Shown in pieces: positions 24,179-36,213 of a stretch of DNA of 64,000 nucleotides. The DNA comes from an uncultured Gemmatimonadales bacterium (lineage in GTDB: Bacteria; Gemmatimonadota; Gemmatimonadetes; Gemmatimonadales; GWC2-71-9): assembly GCA_963723565.1 (NCBI GenBank), contig CAVRRH010000008.1, positions 12,935 through 76,934 on the forward strand, given 5' to 3'. The notes under the pieces are model-generated. The model was not told where the DNA came from. It saw only the letters and a program-made list of their open reading frames with translations, and did not search any database. The stretch's first letter is position 1, and every line of letters starts with the position of its first letter. The translations under genes were made by a program, and so were the position numbers.

Positions 24179-24673
24179 TGGGACTGGGCTCCTTCCACGA
24201 TGTTCACCACCAGGTCATCGAGAGCCTTTCTGCCGACCCTCGTCCTTCCTGTCCCGTATTCGTAGTCCCCTCTGACCACGAGCCCGCTGCGCTGCCAGAG
24301 GGGCTTGCCCTGTTTCTGGTCGAGTATCTCGACCGTCAGCGTGATCTGAACCTGCCGCCGGGTGACGTTAACCTCGCGGTCCTCGCCGGCCTGATAGGCG
24401 ACCGGTAGATCGGGCTCGTACCGGGTGATGGAACCGCGAACCACGGCGTCGGCCCGTGGCTCGGCCGATTGCCGCAGGCCCAGCCGCTGCTCGACCGCCT
24501 CGCGCACCGCCCGCGAGATCTCCTGGGTGAGCGTCGGCTCGGGGGTCTGATTATCGAACGGCAGTACCGCGACCGTCTTGATGGCTGGTGGAAGGCCACC
24601 GCCCGCAAATCCATAAGCAGCCGCCGAGGGCCAGAGCGCTAACGGTTACGAGGAAGCCAGATATCAGGCGCAA
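24172..24673 (-). CDS. lptE: LPS assembly lipoprotein LptE-like (frameshifted)
   Basis: Lipobox-like LGGC, GGGLPPAIKTVAVLPFDNQT, ADAVVRGSITRY, C-terminal AQSQW. Confidence 0.75.
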
Positions 24674-25349
24674 AGGTGGCCCGGGTAGTCGAGAGAAACG
24701 TCAGGTCGAGCTGCGCCGGCGCGCTCGGCACGGTGAGCCGCGATTTGATCGGGAGCTCCGTCCGAGTGCAGCGTCGTCTCGGCGCGTCCGATCAGCTTGC
24801 CCGGCCGGCGCACCTCGGCGACAAAACGTACCGGATCTCCAGCCGTTCGCGCGTACTGGACGGTATCGGTCGCGCCAGCGTACTGCCAGGCTGTGATCGA
24901 GTCCTCGCGAGAGCCCCCGCAGGCTCCACGCCCTGGCGGCGGCAGTCTGGCGACGCCGAACATGGCCCACATCAACGGATAGTTGGGGACGAGCCTGGCG
25001 ATGGCGTCGGGCGGCTCGGTCCACACCGCTCGTCGTCCGACCACAACAGCGGAAGCCGCACCGCTGCCGAACGGCCCCGCCACATCGAACCGGAGCGAGT
25101 CCGGCGGCGCGATGCGGGTGCTTCCCCGGCCGCCGGCGCTCCCTCGCTCGTCCTGAAACAGCCACTTGAAGCGGTGCAGGCGGCTTTCAGTAGGAACGGT
25201 GGCGGCGACCCACTCGGCCACCTGGGTCCGGCTGACCGGCTGCGCGGCCTGACGGGAACGACTGGCGCAGGCTCGCTCCGACACGCCGCCGCGGCCAGGC
25301 CAAGATAGGCCAGCAGGACTGGGCGGTCAAGCCGAAGACATTGTCGCAT
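24664..25349 (-). CDS. Hypothetical lipoprotein (frameshifted)
   Basis: LAAAAC lipobox; RIAPPDSLRFDVAGPFG. Confidence 0.7.
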
Positions 25350-28248
25350 CAGTAGTTATAGCCAAAGAAGAAGCGCACGAAGTCGGCTTTCCTCTGATCG
25401 CGTCTGAGGCTATACCCGCGATAATTGCCGTCGGTGAAGCGCCGGCCGACATCCAGCCGCAGGACGGCCAGAGGGGCGAAGGCCAGGCGGAAGCTCACGC
25501 CGTAGCTGCCCAGCAGGTCGCGGCCGTCGGTTGGACGGCATGTGGCCTTTCCGACGTCCGCGAATAGTCCGGCCTGGATCTCGGGGAAGCCGAGGTCTCC
25601 GAATGGGGTTCCCAGGGTCAGGTGGGTCAGGACCGGAAACCGCAACTCCTGGTTCAGCATGTATGCGCGGGTTCCCACGATGTATCCGAACTCCGGATAG
25701 CCGCGAAGTCCCAGGGTACCCCCGATGTTGATTCTCCTGGGCCGGTCTCCGCCGCTGTAAAAGCCGAAGGCGCGTACGGCGTAGGTACTGCGCTGGCCCA
25801 GCCGGAAGTATCTGCCGCCAGTCGCCGCTCATCAGGTAGCTGTCGAAGCGAGCTGTTGGTGAAGTCGCTGGAGATGCCGCCGGTAAGGCTGAAGCCGAGT
25901 GCCGTCGATCGGACCGGATGGGATCCAGAGCGAGTTGTCGTGGACATAGCTCAGGTAGTGAGAGGCGATCCAGCCTACGCGGCGTGGTTCGTCCACCGGT
26001 AAGGTGAAGTCGACTCTGATCGGAGTGCTCGAACACGATGGCGGTGCCCTCGACGCGGTTGAACCGGCTCAGCGGGTAACGCAGCAGGCCAATGACACCC
26101 ATGGCGAGCCTCCTCGTAGGCCACCATGAGAGTCGCCCTCGAAGTTCCGGCTCCTGGTGCGGAAGGCTCCCAGGCCCCAGTTAAGCTCGCCGTTCGCGAT
26201 TCAGGTAGATCGCGGTGGCGCTGATGTTGGCGAACAGACTGCCGAGCCGGCGGCCCTGGAAGGAGCCGATGCGTGCCGAAGACAAGGTTGTCTCCCAGGA
26301 GATCGCTCATGAGAAACGCGAATCCCTGAGCCCCGCCGTACCCCGGCACGAACACGGCATCTCCCAGCGGCAACATCGAGCGTCATGCGCCGCCGGTACG
26401 GCTCTCCCGATGCGCTCGCCGATGGCCGTGTCGCCAGCGGGTGGCCCAGGCCCACTGTCCGGCGGCTGGCCGGAGTCGAGCGTGAACCGTTCCTCCCGGG
26501 CCGCCGAGTCGACCGGATAGCGATACAGGTTCCAGCTCAGATCGTGAAAGCCGCCTACCAGCAGGCCACTGCTGTCCGGCAGGGGCACCGCATCGAAGGC
26601 GCCGCTCCAGGCCGAGGTCTCCCGGCGACCGTCTCCCGAGAGTATCGGCGGAGAAGACATTCAGCACCCCATCCCGGTCTCGAGGTGAAGTAGATCCGGC
26701 CGTCCGGTCCCCAGGACGGTGCTTCATCAACCCACTGCCCCGGGTCAGCTGCGCCACGCGCCCGCTCGGCCAGGTCGAGGATGAAGAGATTGATGGCGCC
26801 ATCGAGCCGCCGGCGGTGCGGTCGGAGGCGAAGACAAGCCGGCGGCCATCGGGCGTGGGGACTGGGATCCAGATCCTGGTAGCGGTCGCGAGTGAGCGGC
26901 TCCAGGGCGCCGTCGGGCAGCCGGACCCGATACAGATCGGAGACCCCGCTCTCGGATAGTCCGCTGAAGACGATGCTCCGGCCATCGGGCATCCACATCG
27001 GCGACAGGATCGAGACGAGCCGGTCGAACTGATACCTCCCGGCCATCTTCTGACCGTTTCAAGATCCCAGACCACCAGCGCGTCGCGGTCGCCATAGCGG
27101 GCGGCGAACAGCAGATATCCCGGACGGGACGCATCCATCCGGGATTCAAAGGCATGGAACGACTCGAGGTCGGCCGTGCGGCCCGCGGTCACGACCTTCA
27201 GGGGCTTTCCTCCGTCCAGCCGTTTGCGATAGACGGTGAGGTATCCGGTGGCGGGCGAGATGTACACCGACCTCGCCCTTCCGCCTCGGGCGCCGTGTCC
27301 GGCAGGTATGCGGGCTTGATCGCGAGCCGGGTGATCTCCTGGCCCGAGCACCGCGAGCGGCGCAAGGCTGTCCACCGAAGGGTAGAAGTCGCGCCGCATG
27401 GCCAGCTGAAACTCTTCGCTCAGCTGGTCCAGCGTGCGGCCATAGGTGGCGCGGATGGCGTCCTCGAAGGTGTCGTACCGGTTGTACTCCTTGTACATGA
27501 GGGCGACCCGCCAGTCGCCGTAGGTGTCGGCCAGCCAGCGGTGAATGCGGCCGCCAAGCGGATAGACGATCCCGCCGGTCACGTAGGTGAGCTGCCGCAG
27601 CTGGGGCAGGCGCCCGCTCAGAGTGATGTCGCGCAGCACCATCATGTCCCTGGCGTCCTCTCCTGCCGACCAGAGCTCCGCGAGACCCTCACTCCACCAG
27701 AGCGGAAATGCGAATCGGCCCGATCGCGGTGCCTGGTTGTAGCTCTCCGACTGGATGATCGAGCTGGAAAGACGTGCACCATCTCATGGCGCAGCGTGTG
27801 CCGGAACTCGGCGAAGTTGCCCCGGAATGGCAGCGCCACCCTGCGCTTCAGGAAATCGGTGGCCCCGAGCAGTCCCTCGGGCGGCGTGAACGGCAGGATG
27901 TTGGTCTGCTCGAAGTCGGTATGGGAGGCGTACACGATCAGCGGGATGCGGGCGGCGACCTCGTGGCCGAACTGGAGCGCGAGGGTGTCGTAACTCGCTT
28001 CGGCGTAGGCCAATGCCGCCGGGGCCAGCTCGGCTTCGGCAGGGTAGTAGTAGAGATCGACGTGGGGTCCCCGGATGATCCTCCAGTCCAGCTTTCGGTA
28101 CTGGACCTTGTTCTGGCCAAAGGCGAAGAACTGGGCGTGCAAGGGAAGGCGGAAAAGGCGGAAGAGGCGGAGAAGAGGCGGGAAAGACGGGAACGAGACA
28201 AGGACGTAGTCCGCCAGCCGTCGCAGACCTTGCGAAAAGCCGACTCAA
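25349..28248 (-). CDS. Peptidase-MA-like + PD40 propeller + BamA/TamA-type barrel surface protein (many frameshifts)
   Basis: FGQNKVQY, FEQTNI, RHEMVH, WMPDGRSIVFSG, PSWGPDG, C-terminal FFFGYNY. Confidence 0.8.
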
Positions 28249-28321
28249 CTTATCATCGTCACGCGACACCCTTCTGATCCTGTCGTCCTTCCGCTCCTTC
28301 CCGTCCTTTCCGTCCTTTCCC
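28143..28321. repeat. Inverted pair of ~9-nt arrays (GGAAAGGCG / CGTCCTTTC)
   Basis: Arms at 28143-28195 and ~28278-28321. Confidence 0.75.
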
Positions 28322-30344
28322 TCATCTCCGCACCGTCCGAATCAGGTCGCCCTGGGTAATCCGGGTCAGCGCGCCAACGTTGCCCACTGCCCGCCCGAAG
28401 ACCGTGTACGTCCCGTCCAGGTGCGGCTGGGGACTCAGGGTGATGAACCACTGGCTGGAGCCGGTGTCGGGCCCGGACAGCGCCATACCCAGCATCGGCT
28501 TGATACCGTAGCGCATTGCGGTTGATCTCATCCCGAATGGCTCCTCCGGGACTGCCGAATCCGTCGCCCCGTGGATCCCCATCCTGCACCACGAAGTTGG
28601 GTACTACCCGGTGCCAACGGTTGCCATCGAAGAAGCGCCGATCCACCAGTCGAAGGAAGTTGGCAACGGTGAGTGGCGCCTCGGGCCCGAAGAGCTCGAC
28701 TTCGAGCGTCCCGCGCTGATCGGTCTCGATGAAGACGTGGGGCCGGGCCAAGGAGTCGGGCGCGACGATAAAGCGGCGAACCAGGTCGCGATAATCCTGC
28801 AGCGACCGTCCGGTCGCGATTGGGTGCGCCGGTCCCCAGCGGGCAGCAGCCTCGGGCCAGTTGCCTTGAGCCCAGCGGCGGAGCAGATAGTTGTCCGGCC
28901 GCGGTACCGACCCGAGAAACTCGCGATCGACCCGTGCCTGCGCCGCGGATCCGGTCCGACCAACGGCGGCAACCGCGTTGAGTGCGGAGATGGCCGCCTC
29001 GGGAAAGGAGTCGCGCGCTCGCACGAAGGTACATGACAGTCAGCGCGGTCAGGTCGCCGGGATCGGCCGCCCGCGCCACAATATCGGCAGCAACGCTGCG
29101 AACCGCCGCGTCTTCGTGGGTGAGCAACCGCCGTCCGACATCGATCAGCCTGCGATCGGGGCCTTTGACCGCGGTCGCCCAGGCCTGCAGCCCGGCCGCC
29201 ACCACGCGTCCATCCCTATCGGAGGTGAACCACGGGGAGTCCCGCCGCTCCAGCGAGTGCCCACCCCTCCGCGGCGGTACCTCGATCCCGCCAGTCCTTA
29301 CTGCTCTGCCACGCGCCGGCGGCACGGGCAAATCGGGCGCTGTCCGCGCGTGCCAGACCCAACAGCGCCTCACGGCGGAGGGCAAAGCTTCCCTTTCCTG
29401 TGAGCGCGCGGAGCAGCGCCGCCGTGGCGGCCGATCCGCCGAGCTCACCCAGCGTGGACGCGGCCTGAACCCGCACGTTGGCCACTGGATCATCCACTCT
29501 CCAGGCGATTTTAGGCACGAACGTAGAATCGTGATAGGTACCGAGTGATCGAAGCGCATTGATTCGAACACCGGGATCCCCATCGTCCACCGCCCTGGTC
29601 AGCATACCCCCGATCGTGCCGGGATCGAGCTTGGAGGCCTCGGCGTAACTCGCGGATGAGCGCTCGCACGGCCACGGCGCGGGTCGCCGGATCCTTATCC
29701 TGGAGGGACGCGATCAGCTGATTCGCCGCGGAGGGAGCTCGCAGGCGGCCAAGCGAGTAGACAGCCCGCCAGCGGGTGCCCTGAACCGAATCCGAAGTGA
29801 AGGGAAGCAGCGCATCGGCAGGGGCATCGGCCCCCAGCCGCCAGGTTTCCAGCAGGATCCGGCTCGTCGCCGGCGCGGGGTCGGCTTGCGAGAGTGCGAC
29901 CTTGCCCTGAAGCACGGCGGCGAAGAAGTCGGCACTGCGCCGGCCACCGATCTTGGCGAGGGCGGTGATCGCCTCCGCCGCGGTCGGCGCATCCAGCGGT
30001 GGGAGGCCGGTCAGGCGCTGGGTGAGCGGCTGGACTGCGGCCGAATCGCGCAGCAGGCCCAAGGCGAATGCTGCCGCGACTCGCACCGTGGAATCGGGTT
30101 GATCCAGAATCCGCAGCAGCAGCGGCGTCGCGCGAAGATCGCCGATCCGGCCGGCAGCAAGCGCGGCGACCCGCCTGACGACCGAGTCGGGAGCCAGGAG
30201 GCTGCGCTGAAACAGGCCGGGCTGCCATTCCCGGGCATCCTCGGCAGCGAGCACCGGGGCGAGCTGCTCGACGACCGCCTCCTCCTGCGCTCGGGCGACG
30301 GCCGGGAGGAGGAGCCCGGCACAAAGACCGACCAGAAGTCTCAT
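28322..30344 (-). CDS. HEAT-repeat plus cyclophilin-type peptidylprolyl isomerase (frameshifted)
   Basis: Signal peptide, HEAT repeats, APLTVANF, WHRVVPNFVVQDGDPRGDG, GMALSGPDTGSSQWFIT..PQPHLDGTYTVFG. Confidence 0.9.
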
Positions 30345-30781
30345 GATCCCAACTTGACCGGGTCTGGAATGGGATGCAGCGCTTGGCGCACCCGATCAGG
30401 CAGGCGGGTCAGCGCCATCGAGGAATCGAGTGCCAGCAGACTGGTGGAGGCGGTGGCCAGCAGGCGGTCGTCGTCGGCATGCTCGATAGCATATCCGAAC
30501 TCCACCCGGCGGGAGGCCACCTCTCTGACCCAGCAGCGGATCCGGATTGGATCGTCATAGCGGGCCGGCTGCCGGTATCGCATGGCCACCTCGCTCACCG
30601 CCAGCCGAAGCCCGGACGCCTCCAGCTCGCGATAACTCATGCCGCTGCGCCGAAGATGCTCCGTGCGGGCGACGTCGAGCCACACCAGATAGCGGGCGTG
30701 GTAGACCACTCCCATCTGGTCGGTCTCGGAGTAGTTGACCCGGACCAGGGTCTCCGAGATGGGGGGCGCTCGGTCGGCCAT
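30341..30781 (-). CDS. Acyl-CoA thioesterase (YbgC/4HBT family)
   Basis: RVNYSETDQMGVVYHARYLVWLDVARTE. Confidence 0.92.
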   Translation of the reverse strand: MADRAPPISETLVRVNYSETDQMGVVYHARYLVWLDVARTEHLRRSGMSYRELEASGLRLAVSEVAMRYRQPARYDDPIRIRCWVREVASRRVEFGYAIEHADDDRLLATASTSLLALDSSMALTRLPDRVRQALHPIPDPVKLGS

Positions 30782-30912
30782 GCAGGCCTCATGGGGTTGT
30801 AGACGCTCGGAACGCCTGGTGTGACACGGTACAGAGCACATGACAGTGCGCCCTACCCGGAACCCCCTACCTGCGGTTGCGATCACGGAAGGGGAGGTCC
30901 ATCTTTGGCGCC

Positions 30913-31645
30913 GTGCTGGGCCACACCCTCGTCGTCGTATCCGATGCCCACCTAGGAGTGGCGCCGCCTGCTGCCGAGGAGGCGCTGCTCGAGTTTCTCG
31001 AGGCCGTGCCCTCGCTGGGCGACTGCCTGCTGGTCAACGGCGACCTCTTCGACTTCTGGTTTACCTACTCCCGGGTCATTCCCCGGCGGGGGTTCCACGT
31101 CGCTGCGGCGCTCGCCCGGCTCCGGCGCCGACTGCCAATAGTAATGGTGGGGGGAAACCATGACCGATGGGATAACCGGTTCTGGGAGCGAGACCTGGGT
31201 CTGCGGTTCTACCCCCGCCGCGCGACATTCGAGATCGGCGGCCGCAACGTGATGGCCATTCACGGAGACGGGCTGACAGAGACCAGGTGGCAGGCCAGGC
31301 TCATCCACGGGCTGATCCAACATCCAGCAACCGCGGCGATCTACCGGCTCCTCCATCCCGACACTCGGGTTCCGCATGGTGGATCTACTCAGTCCCGCAC
31401 TGGGAGACCATACCCAGGACGAGGCCACCCTGGCCGGGGCAGCGGCCCGCCAACGCGAGTGGGCCGAGCGTCTTCTCGGCGAGCAGCCGTCGGTGGGGCT
31501 CGTCATCATGGGACATACCCACCGAGCTGTTGTCTCTGAAGTCCGGCCTGGCCGGCAGTATCTCAATCCGGGAGCTTGGTTCGATGGCTTTCGTTACGCG
31601 ATTGCCACCGAATCCGGGGCGGAGCTGCATCGTTTTACAACGTGA
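30913..31645 (+). CDS. lpxH: UDP-2,3-diacylglucosamine diphosphatase (one frameshift)
   Basis: SDAHLG, NGDLFDFW, GNHD, HGD, MGHTH, YLNPGAW. Confidence 0.88.
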
Positions 31646-31714
31646 ACAGTAAACCGTAGACAGTAAACGGGAGCACTTCCGAGAACGCCCCTGTTCACTG
31701 TTCACCGTTCACGT
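31642..31714. repeat. Inverted pair of 7-nt arrays (GTGAACA / TGTTCAC) between convergent lpxH and murI
   Basis: gtgaaca-gtaaacc-gtagaca-gtaaacg ... tgttcac-tgttcac-cgttcac. Confidence 0.85.
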
Positions 31715-32519
31715 TTATCCAAGCGGCACCACCTCGGCCTTTCCCAGCCGCTCTCCAATAAATCGTGGACCCCACCTGGCGAAATCTGGCCTCGTCGTCA
31801 CTCACCACGAAGCGGTGCGCCGCCGTGGCGCTGAGGGCGCGTTCAGACCACTCGAGTGGAGGGCGCCCTCAACCGCTGCGGCGGTCTCCTCGCCGCTATC
31901 GATCAGCCGGACGTCCGGCCCCATGGTCCGTTGCAGCAGCGGCTTGAGCAACGGGTAATGGGTGCAGCCAAGCACCAGTCACATCCACGCCGGCACGCTT
32001 CAGCGGCTGGAGATACTCCAGCGGCGATCAGCTCCGCGGCCGGATGCTCGAACCAGCCTTCCTCGACCAGGGGCACGAACAGCGGACAGGCCCGCTGCTC
32101 GACCGCGGCCCCCGGCATGGCCGCCTGGATGGCCCGCGCATAGGCGTTGCTCGCGATGGTGCCGGCCGTGCCAATGACCCCGATCGGCCCCCGCACGCAT
32201 TGCCGACACAGCGGCCCGCGCCCCAGGCTCGATTACCCCGATAACCGGCACCGAGCGAGCCGCCTGCAGCGCGTCGCAGCGCGTGGGCCGTGCTGGTGTT
32301 GCACGCGATCACGACGGCCTTGACGCCCTGGCCCAGAAGCCAGTGCAGAATCTCCAGGCTGTAGCGGCGCACGGTGTCGGGAGACTTGGGGCCGTAGGGT
32401 ACCCGGGCCGTGTCGCCGAAATAGATGGTGGACTCGTGCGGCAGCCGCTCGTAGATGGCGCGCGCCACCGTGAGCCCGCCAATGCCGGAATCGAAGATCC
32501 CGATAGGAGCCCGGTTCAT
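31715..32519 (-). CDS. murI: Glutamate racemase (frameshifted)
   Basis: [46 protein letters not shown]. Confidence 0.95.
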
Positions 32520-33045
32520 CGCAGGCGGATCGGGCAGGGACACCGCGGCACCCACGCCACCGGGAACAGCTTCGACCCGGAGGTCACCGGGAAAGTCTGC
32601 AAGGTGGGCCGAAACGTAGGCCTCAAGGCCAGCGAATAAGTGGTTGAAGGCCAGCAACACAAACCAATCCTCGTGCTCCTGCCGCTTACCGTCGGCCCGG
32701 GCCGAGCCGTTAGCCGCGGAGGTAGTCCAACTCTTTCCGGGTCTTTAGGGTCATGCCCAGGGTGACCCCTTCCCAGGCGACGAAGATCCCGCCGACCAGC
32801 TTCCGGTTCAGTCTCGCCTGCCCCCAGCCGGGAATGAGGAACGAGCGCCAGAACGCATTGAGCGGGCTGATATATTGGCGCTGCAGGGTGTCGGCGGGGG
32901 CAGCGGAGCCGGGTACCCGCGAAGCGGGTGGAGGCGGCGGGGCAGCCTGTCCGTGAAGATCAATCACAGAGCTGATCAGCAGCAGGAAGAGAAAGCAACA
33001 GGCTGACGAGCGGGGGTGGCGGGAGCGTGTGGGAATCGAACCCAC
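32516..33045 (-). CDS. Hypothetical membrane/exported protein (DUF5683-like); start uncertain; one frameshift
   Basis: [44 protein letters not shown]. Confidence 0.7.
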
Positions 33046-33114
33046 CGGAGCCGCCGGAGGCGCCTCCATCGCGGTTTTGAAGACCGGCCAGACCACCAGG
33101 CCCGATCCGCTCCC
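33017..33114 (-). tRNA. selC: tRNA-Sec(UCA)
   Basis: 98 nt; 6-bp D stem with TGGT loop; CTTCAAA anticodon loop; long variable arm; GGTTCGATTCC; GCCA end. Confidence 0.92.
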
Positions 33115-33124
33115 GCCCTCCACA

Positions 33125-33199
33125 AGGTAAGAGGTAAGAGGTGAGAAGTGAGAGGAGTCGGCAGGTGACCTTCTCACCTCTTACTTCTCACCTCTCACC
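33125..33199. repeat. Inverted pair of 7-nt arrays (AGGTGAG / CTCACCT) overlapping the ridA stop
   Basis: aggtaag-aggtaag-aggtgag-aagtgag ... ctcacct-cttactt-ctcacct-ctcacc. Confidence 0.9.
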
Positions 33200-33573
33200 G
33201 CGGCGATGACTTCGATCTCCACCCGTGCGCCTCGCGGCAAGGAGGCGACGGCAACAGTCGAACGGGCGGGACGATGATCGCCGAAAGCGCGGGCATACAC
33301 CTCGTTCATGGCGGTGAAGTCGGCCATGTCGACCAGGAAGACGGTGGTCTTGACCACCTCGGAGAAGTCGCTGCTTGCAGCGGTGAGGATGGCCCGAAGG
33401 TTTTCCAGAGCGCGCGCGGTCTGCTCGGCGATGCCGCCCGCCACCAGCTCCCCCTTGTCCGGGTCGAGAGCCACCTGGCCGGCGGTGAACAGGAAGCCAT
33501 TGGCCCGCACCGCTTGGCTGTAGGGTCCGATGGCCTTGGGGGCGCGTGCCGTCGAGACGAAGTCCAAGGGCAT
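33181..33573 (-). CDS. ridA: RidA/YjgF family enamine deaminase
   Basis: [44 protein letters not shown]. Confidence 0.93.
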   Translation of the reverse strand: MPLDFVSTARAPKAIGPYSQAVRANGFLFTAGQVALDPDKGELVAGGIAEQTARALENLRAILTAASSDFSEVVKTTVFLVDMADFTAMNEVYARAFGDHRPARSTVAVASLPRGARVEIEVIAAVRGEK

Positions 33574-35247
33574 TAGAAGAGTCCCTCGATTGTGCCGTCC
33601 GGCAGCACCCGGATCGACTCGGCCGCAGGAACCTTGGGAAGTCCCGGCATCGTCATGATGTCCCCGGCGAGTGCGACGACGAACCCGGCACCGGCGGAGG
33701 GATAGACGTCCCGGATGGTGATCCGGAATCCCGTCGGCCGCCCCAGCTTGGTGGGGTCGTCGGAGAAGGAGTACTGGGTCTTGGCGATACATACCGGCGT
33801 GTCTACCCAACCCCATCGCCTCACACTGGGCGATGTTCTTCTCGGCGGCAGCGGTGTAGTCCACGCCTGCCGCCCCGTAGATCTCGCGGGCGATAGTCTC
33901 GATCTTCTCCTTGATCGGCTTGGCGGCGTCGTACAGCGGCTTGAACGCCGCTTTCTTCTCATCGAGCACGGCAAGGATCTCCTGCGCTACGGCCTCCCCG
34001 CCCTCCCCGCCCTTGGCCCACACCTCGCTCAGCGCGGCCCGGGCGCCCCAGCCCTTGGCCGCATCGAGCACGGTCTTGAGCTCCGCCTCGGTATCGGAGG
34101 TGAAGCGATTGAGCGCGACTACCACCGGCACCCCGAATTTCTGCACGTTCCTCACATGGGCTTCGAGGTTCACGATCCCCCGCTTGAGCGCGGCGACGTC
34201 CTCCTTGCCCAGCGCGTCCTTTTTGACCCCGCCATTCATCTTGAGCGCTCGCACGGTGGCAACGATTACCGCCGCCTCCGGCTTGAGATTGCCGAATCGG
34301 GCCTTGATATCGAAGAACTTCTCCGCGCCCAGGTCGGCCCCGAAGCCGGCCTCGGTGAGGACGATCTCCCCCAGGGAAAGGCCGAGGCGGGTCGCCACGA
34401 TCGAGTTGCACCCGTGGGCGATGTTGCCGAAGGGCCCGCAGTGCACCAGCGCCGGACCTCCCTCCAGCGTCTGCACCAGATTGGGGAGGATCGCGTCCTT
34501 GAGCAGCAAGGTCATGGCGCCGGAGGCCTTGAGGTCAGCCGCGGTAACCGGTTTCCGGTCCCGGGTGAGCCCCACGATGATGCGTGAGATCCGCTGCTCG
34601 AGGTCGGCGAGATCGGTAGCGAGCGCCAGGATCGCCATGATCTCGCTGCCGGGCACGATGACGAATCGCTCCTCACGCACCGGCCCGGCATTGATACCGC
34701 CGAGACTGATCACCATGGAACGCAGCGCCCGGTCGTTCATGTCGAGCGTCCGGGGCCATGTGATCCGCCGCGGGTCCAATCCCAGGGCGTTCCCCTGGTG
34801 CAGATGGTTGTCGAGCATGGCCGACAGCAGATTGTGCGCCGACGTGATCGCGTGGAAGTCGCCGGTGAAGTGCAGATTGATCTCATCCATCGGGACTACC
34901 TGGGCGTAGCCACCGCCCGCGGCCCCGCCCTTTACCCCGAAGACCGGCCCGAGACTCGGCTCCCGGATACAGACCACGACCTTCTTGCCGAGCCGACGGA
35001 GCGCCTGGCTCACCCCGACGGTCACTGTGCTCTTGCCTTCGCCCGCGGGTGTGGGATTGATGCCGGTCACCAGAACCAGGCGTCCCTTGGGTTTGCGACG
35101 GGCGATCGCCTCGGCGCTGATCTTCGCCTTGTGACGGCCGTAGGCAAGGATCTCCTCGGGACCGAGCCCCACCTCCGCGGCCACCTCGGCAATTGGCCGG
35201 AGCTTGGCGGCCTGCGCGATGGCGATGTCGGACGGTACGTTGCCCAC
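33573..35247 (-). CDS. fhs: Formate--tetrahydrofolate ligase (one frameshift near 33805)
   Basis: [60 protein letters not shown]. Confidence 0.97.
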
Positions 35248-35259
35248 GTGCGACGCCTC

Positions 35260-35347
35260 AGTGAGAAGTCAGAAGTGAGAAGTGAGAAGTAAGAGGGATA
35301 GGGAGTCGGGGATCCCCCTTCTCACCTCTCACTTCTACTTCTACTTC
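35260..35347. repeat. Inverted pair of 7-nt arrays (AGTGAGA / TCTCACT) overlapping the tatD stop
   Basis: agtgaga-agtcaga-agtgaga-agtgaga-agtaaga ... ctcacct-ctcactt-ctactt-ctactt. Confidence 0.9.
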
Positions 35348-36100
35348 AACTGAAACACCCGTTGCGCATTATGGCCGGTGACCCCAATGAGCTCGTCGAC
35401 CGGCATTCCCCGCACTGCCGCAATTCGCTCGGCGATCTGCCGCACGAACGCGGGCTCGTTGCGTTTCCCTCTATGCGGAACCGGCGCCAGGTAAGGTCCA
35501 TCCGTTTCGAGCAATAGCCGGTCGAGCGGCGTCTCGCGGATTGCCTCGTCCAGGCGCCAGTTCTTGAAGGTCACCATTCCGCTGAAGGACACATAGTGGC
35601 GGTGAACCAGCCCGGCTCGCAAGAGGCCCATACCGCTGCTGAACGAATGGAGGATAGCGGTGACGCCGGGATGGTTCTCCAGAATGGCTGCGACCTCCTC
35701 ATCCGCCTCTCGCGCGTGGATCACCGCCGGGCGGCCGGTCTCCTCGGCAATGGTCGAGCTGGAACTCGAATGCCTGGCGTTGGGCCGGGCGAGGCGAATG
35801 ATCGTAGTGGAAGTCGAGACCGGTCTCCCCCACGGCGACTACCCGCGGATCCTGCAACATGCCACGGAGCCAGGTTTCGGCGGTCGCACCCCAATCCCGC
35901 GCGTCGTGCGGGTGGATGCCGGCCGTTGCCACCAGGCGGGGCTCGGACCGGGCCAGCTCGAGTGCTCGCTCTGCGCTGCTGGGGGACTCGCCGATGACAA
36001 CCACTCGGCCGACCCCTGCGGCCCAGGCCCGATCCAGCACCTGTTTGCGATCGGGCTCGTAGGCGGGATCGGCGAGGTGGCAGTGGGTGTCGATCAACAT
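35341..36100 (-). CDS. tatD: TatD family DNase (frameshifted)
   Basis: LIDTHCHL, GIHPH, AVGETGLDFH, IHARE, LETDGPYLAP. Confidence 0.93.
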
Positions 36101-36101
36101 G

Positions 36102-36213
36102 CGGGAAAGACGGGAAGGTCGGGAAGGCGGGAAAGACGGGAAGGGCGGGAATGTTCGCCACAGAACGACGCCCTATGCGTCTCCATCCTTCCCGACTTTC
36201 CCGTCCTTCCCGC
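36102..36213. repeat. Inverted pair of 9-nt arrays (CGGGAAAGA / TCCTTCCCG) between secF and tatD
   Basis: Six units at 36102-36151, three complementary units at 36187-36213. Confidence 0.85.

Noticed and set aside
32516-36100. Selenoprotein (in-frame UGA) near selC
   Set aside because: No in-frame UGA at a Cys-equivalent position was seen; the breaks are indels.
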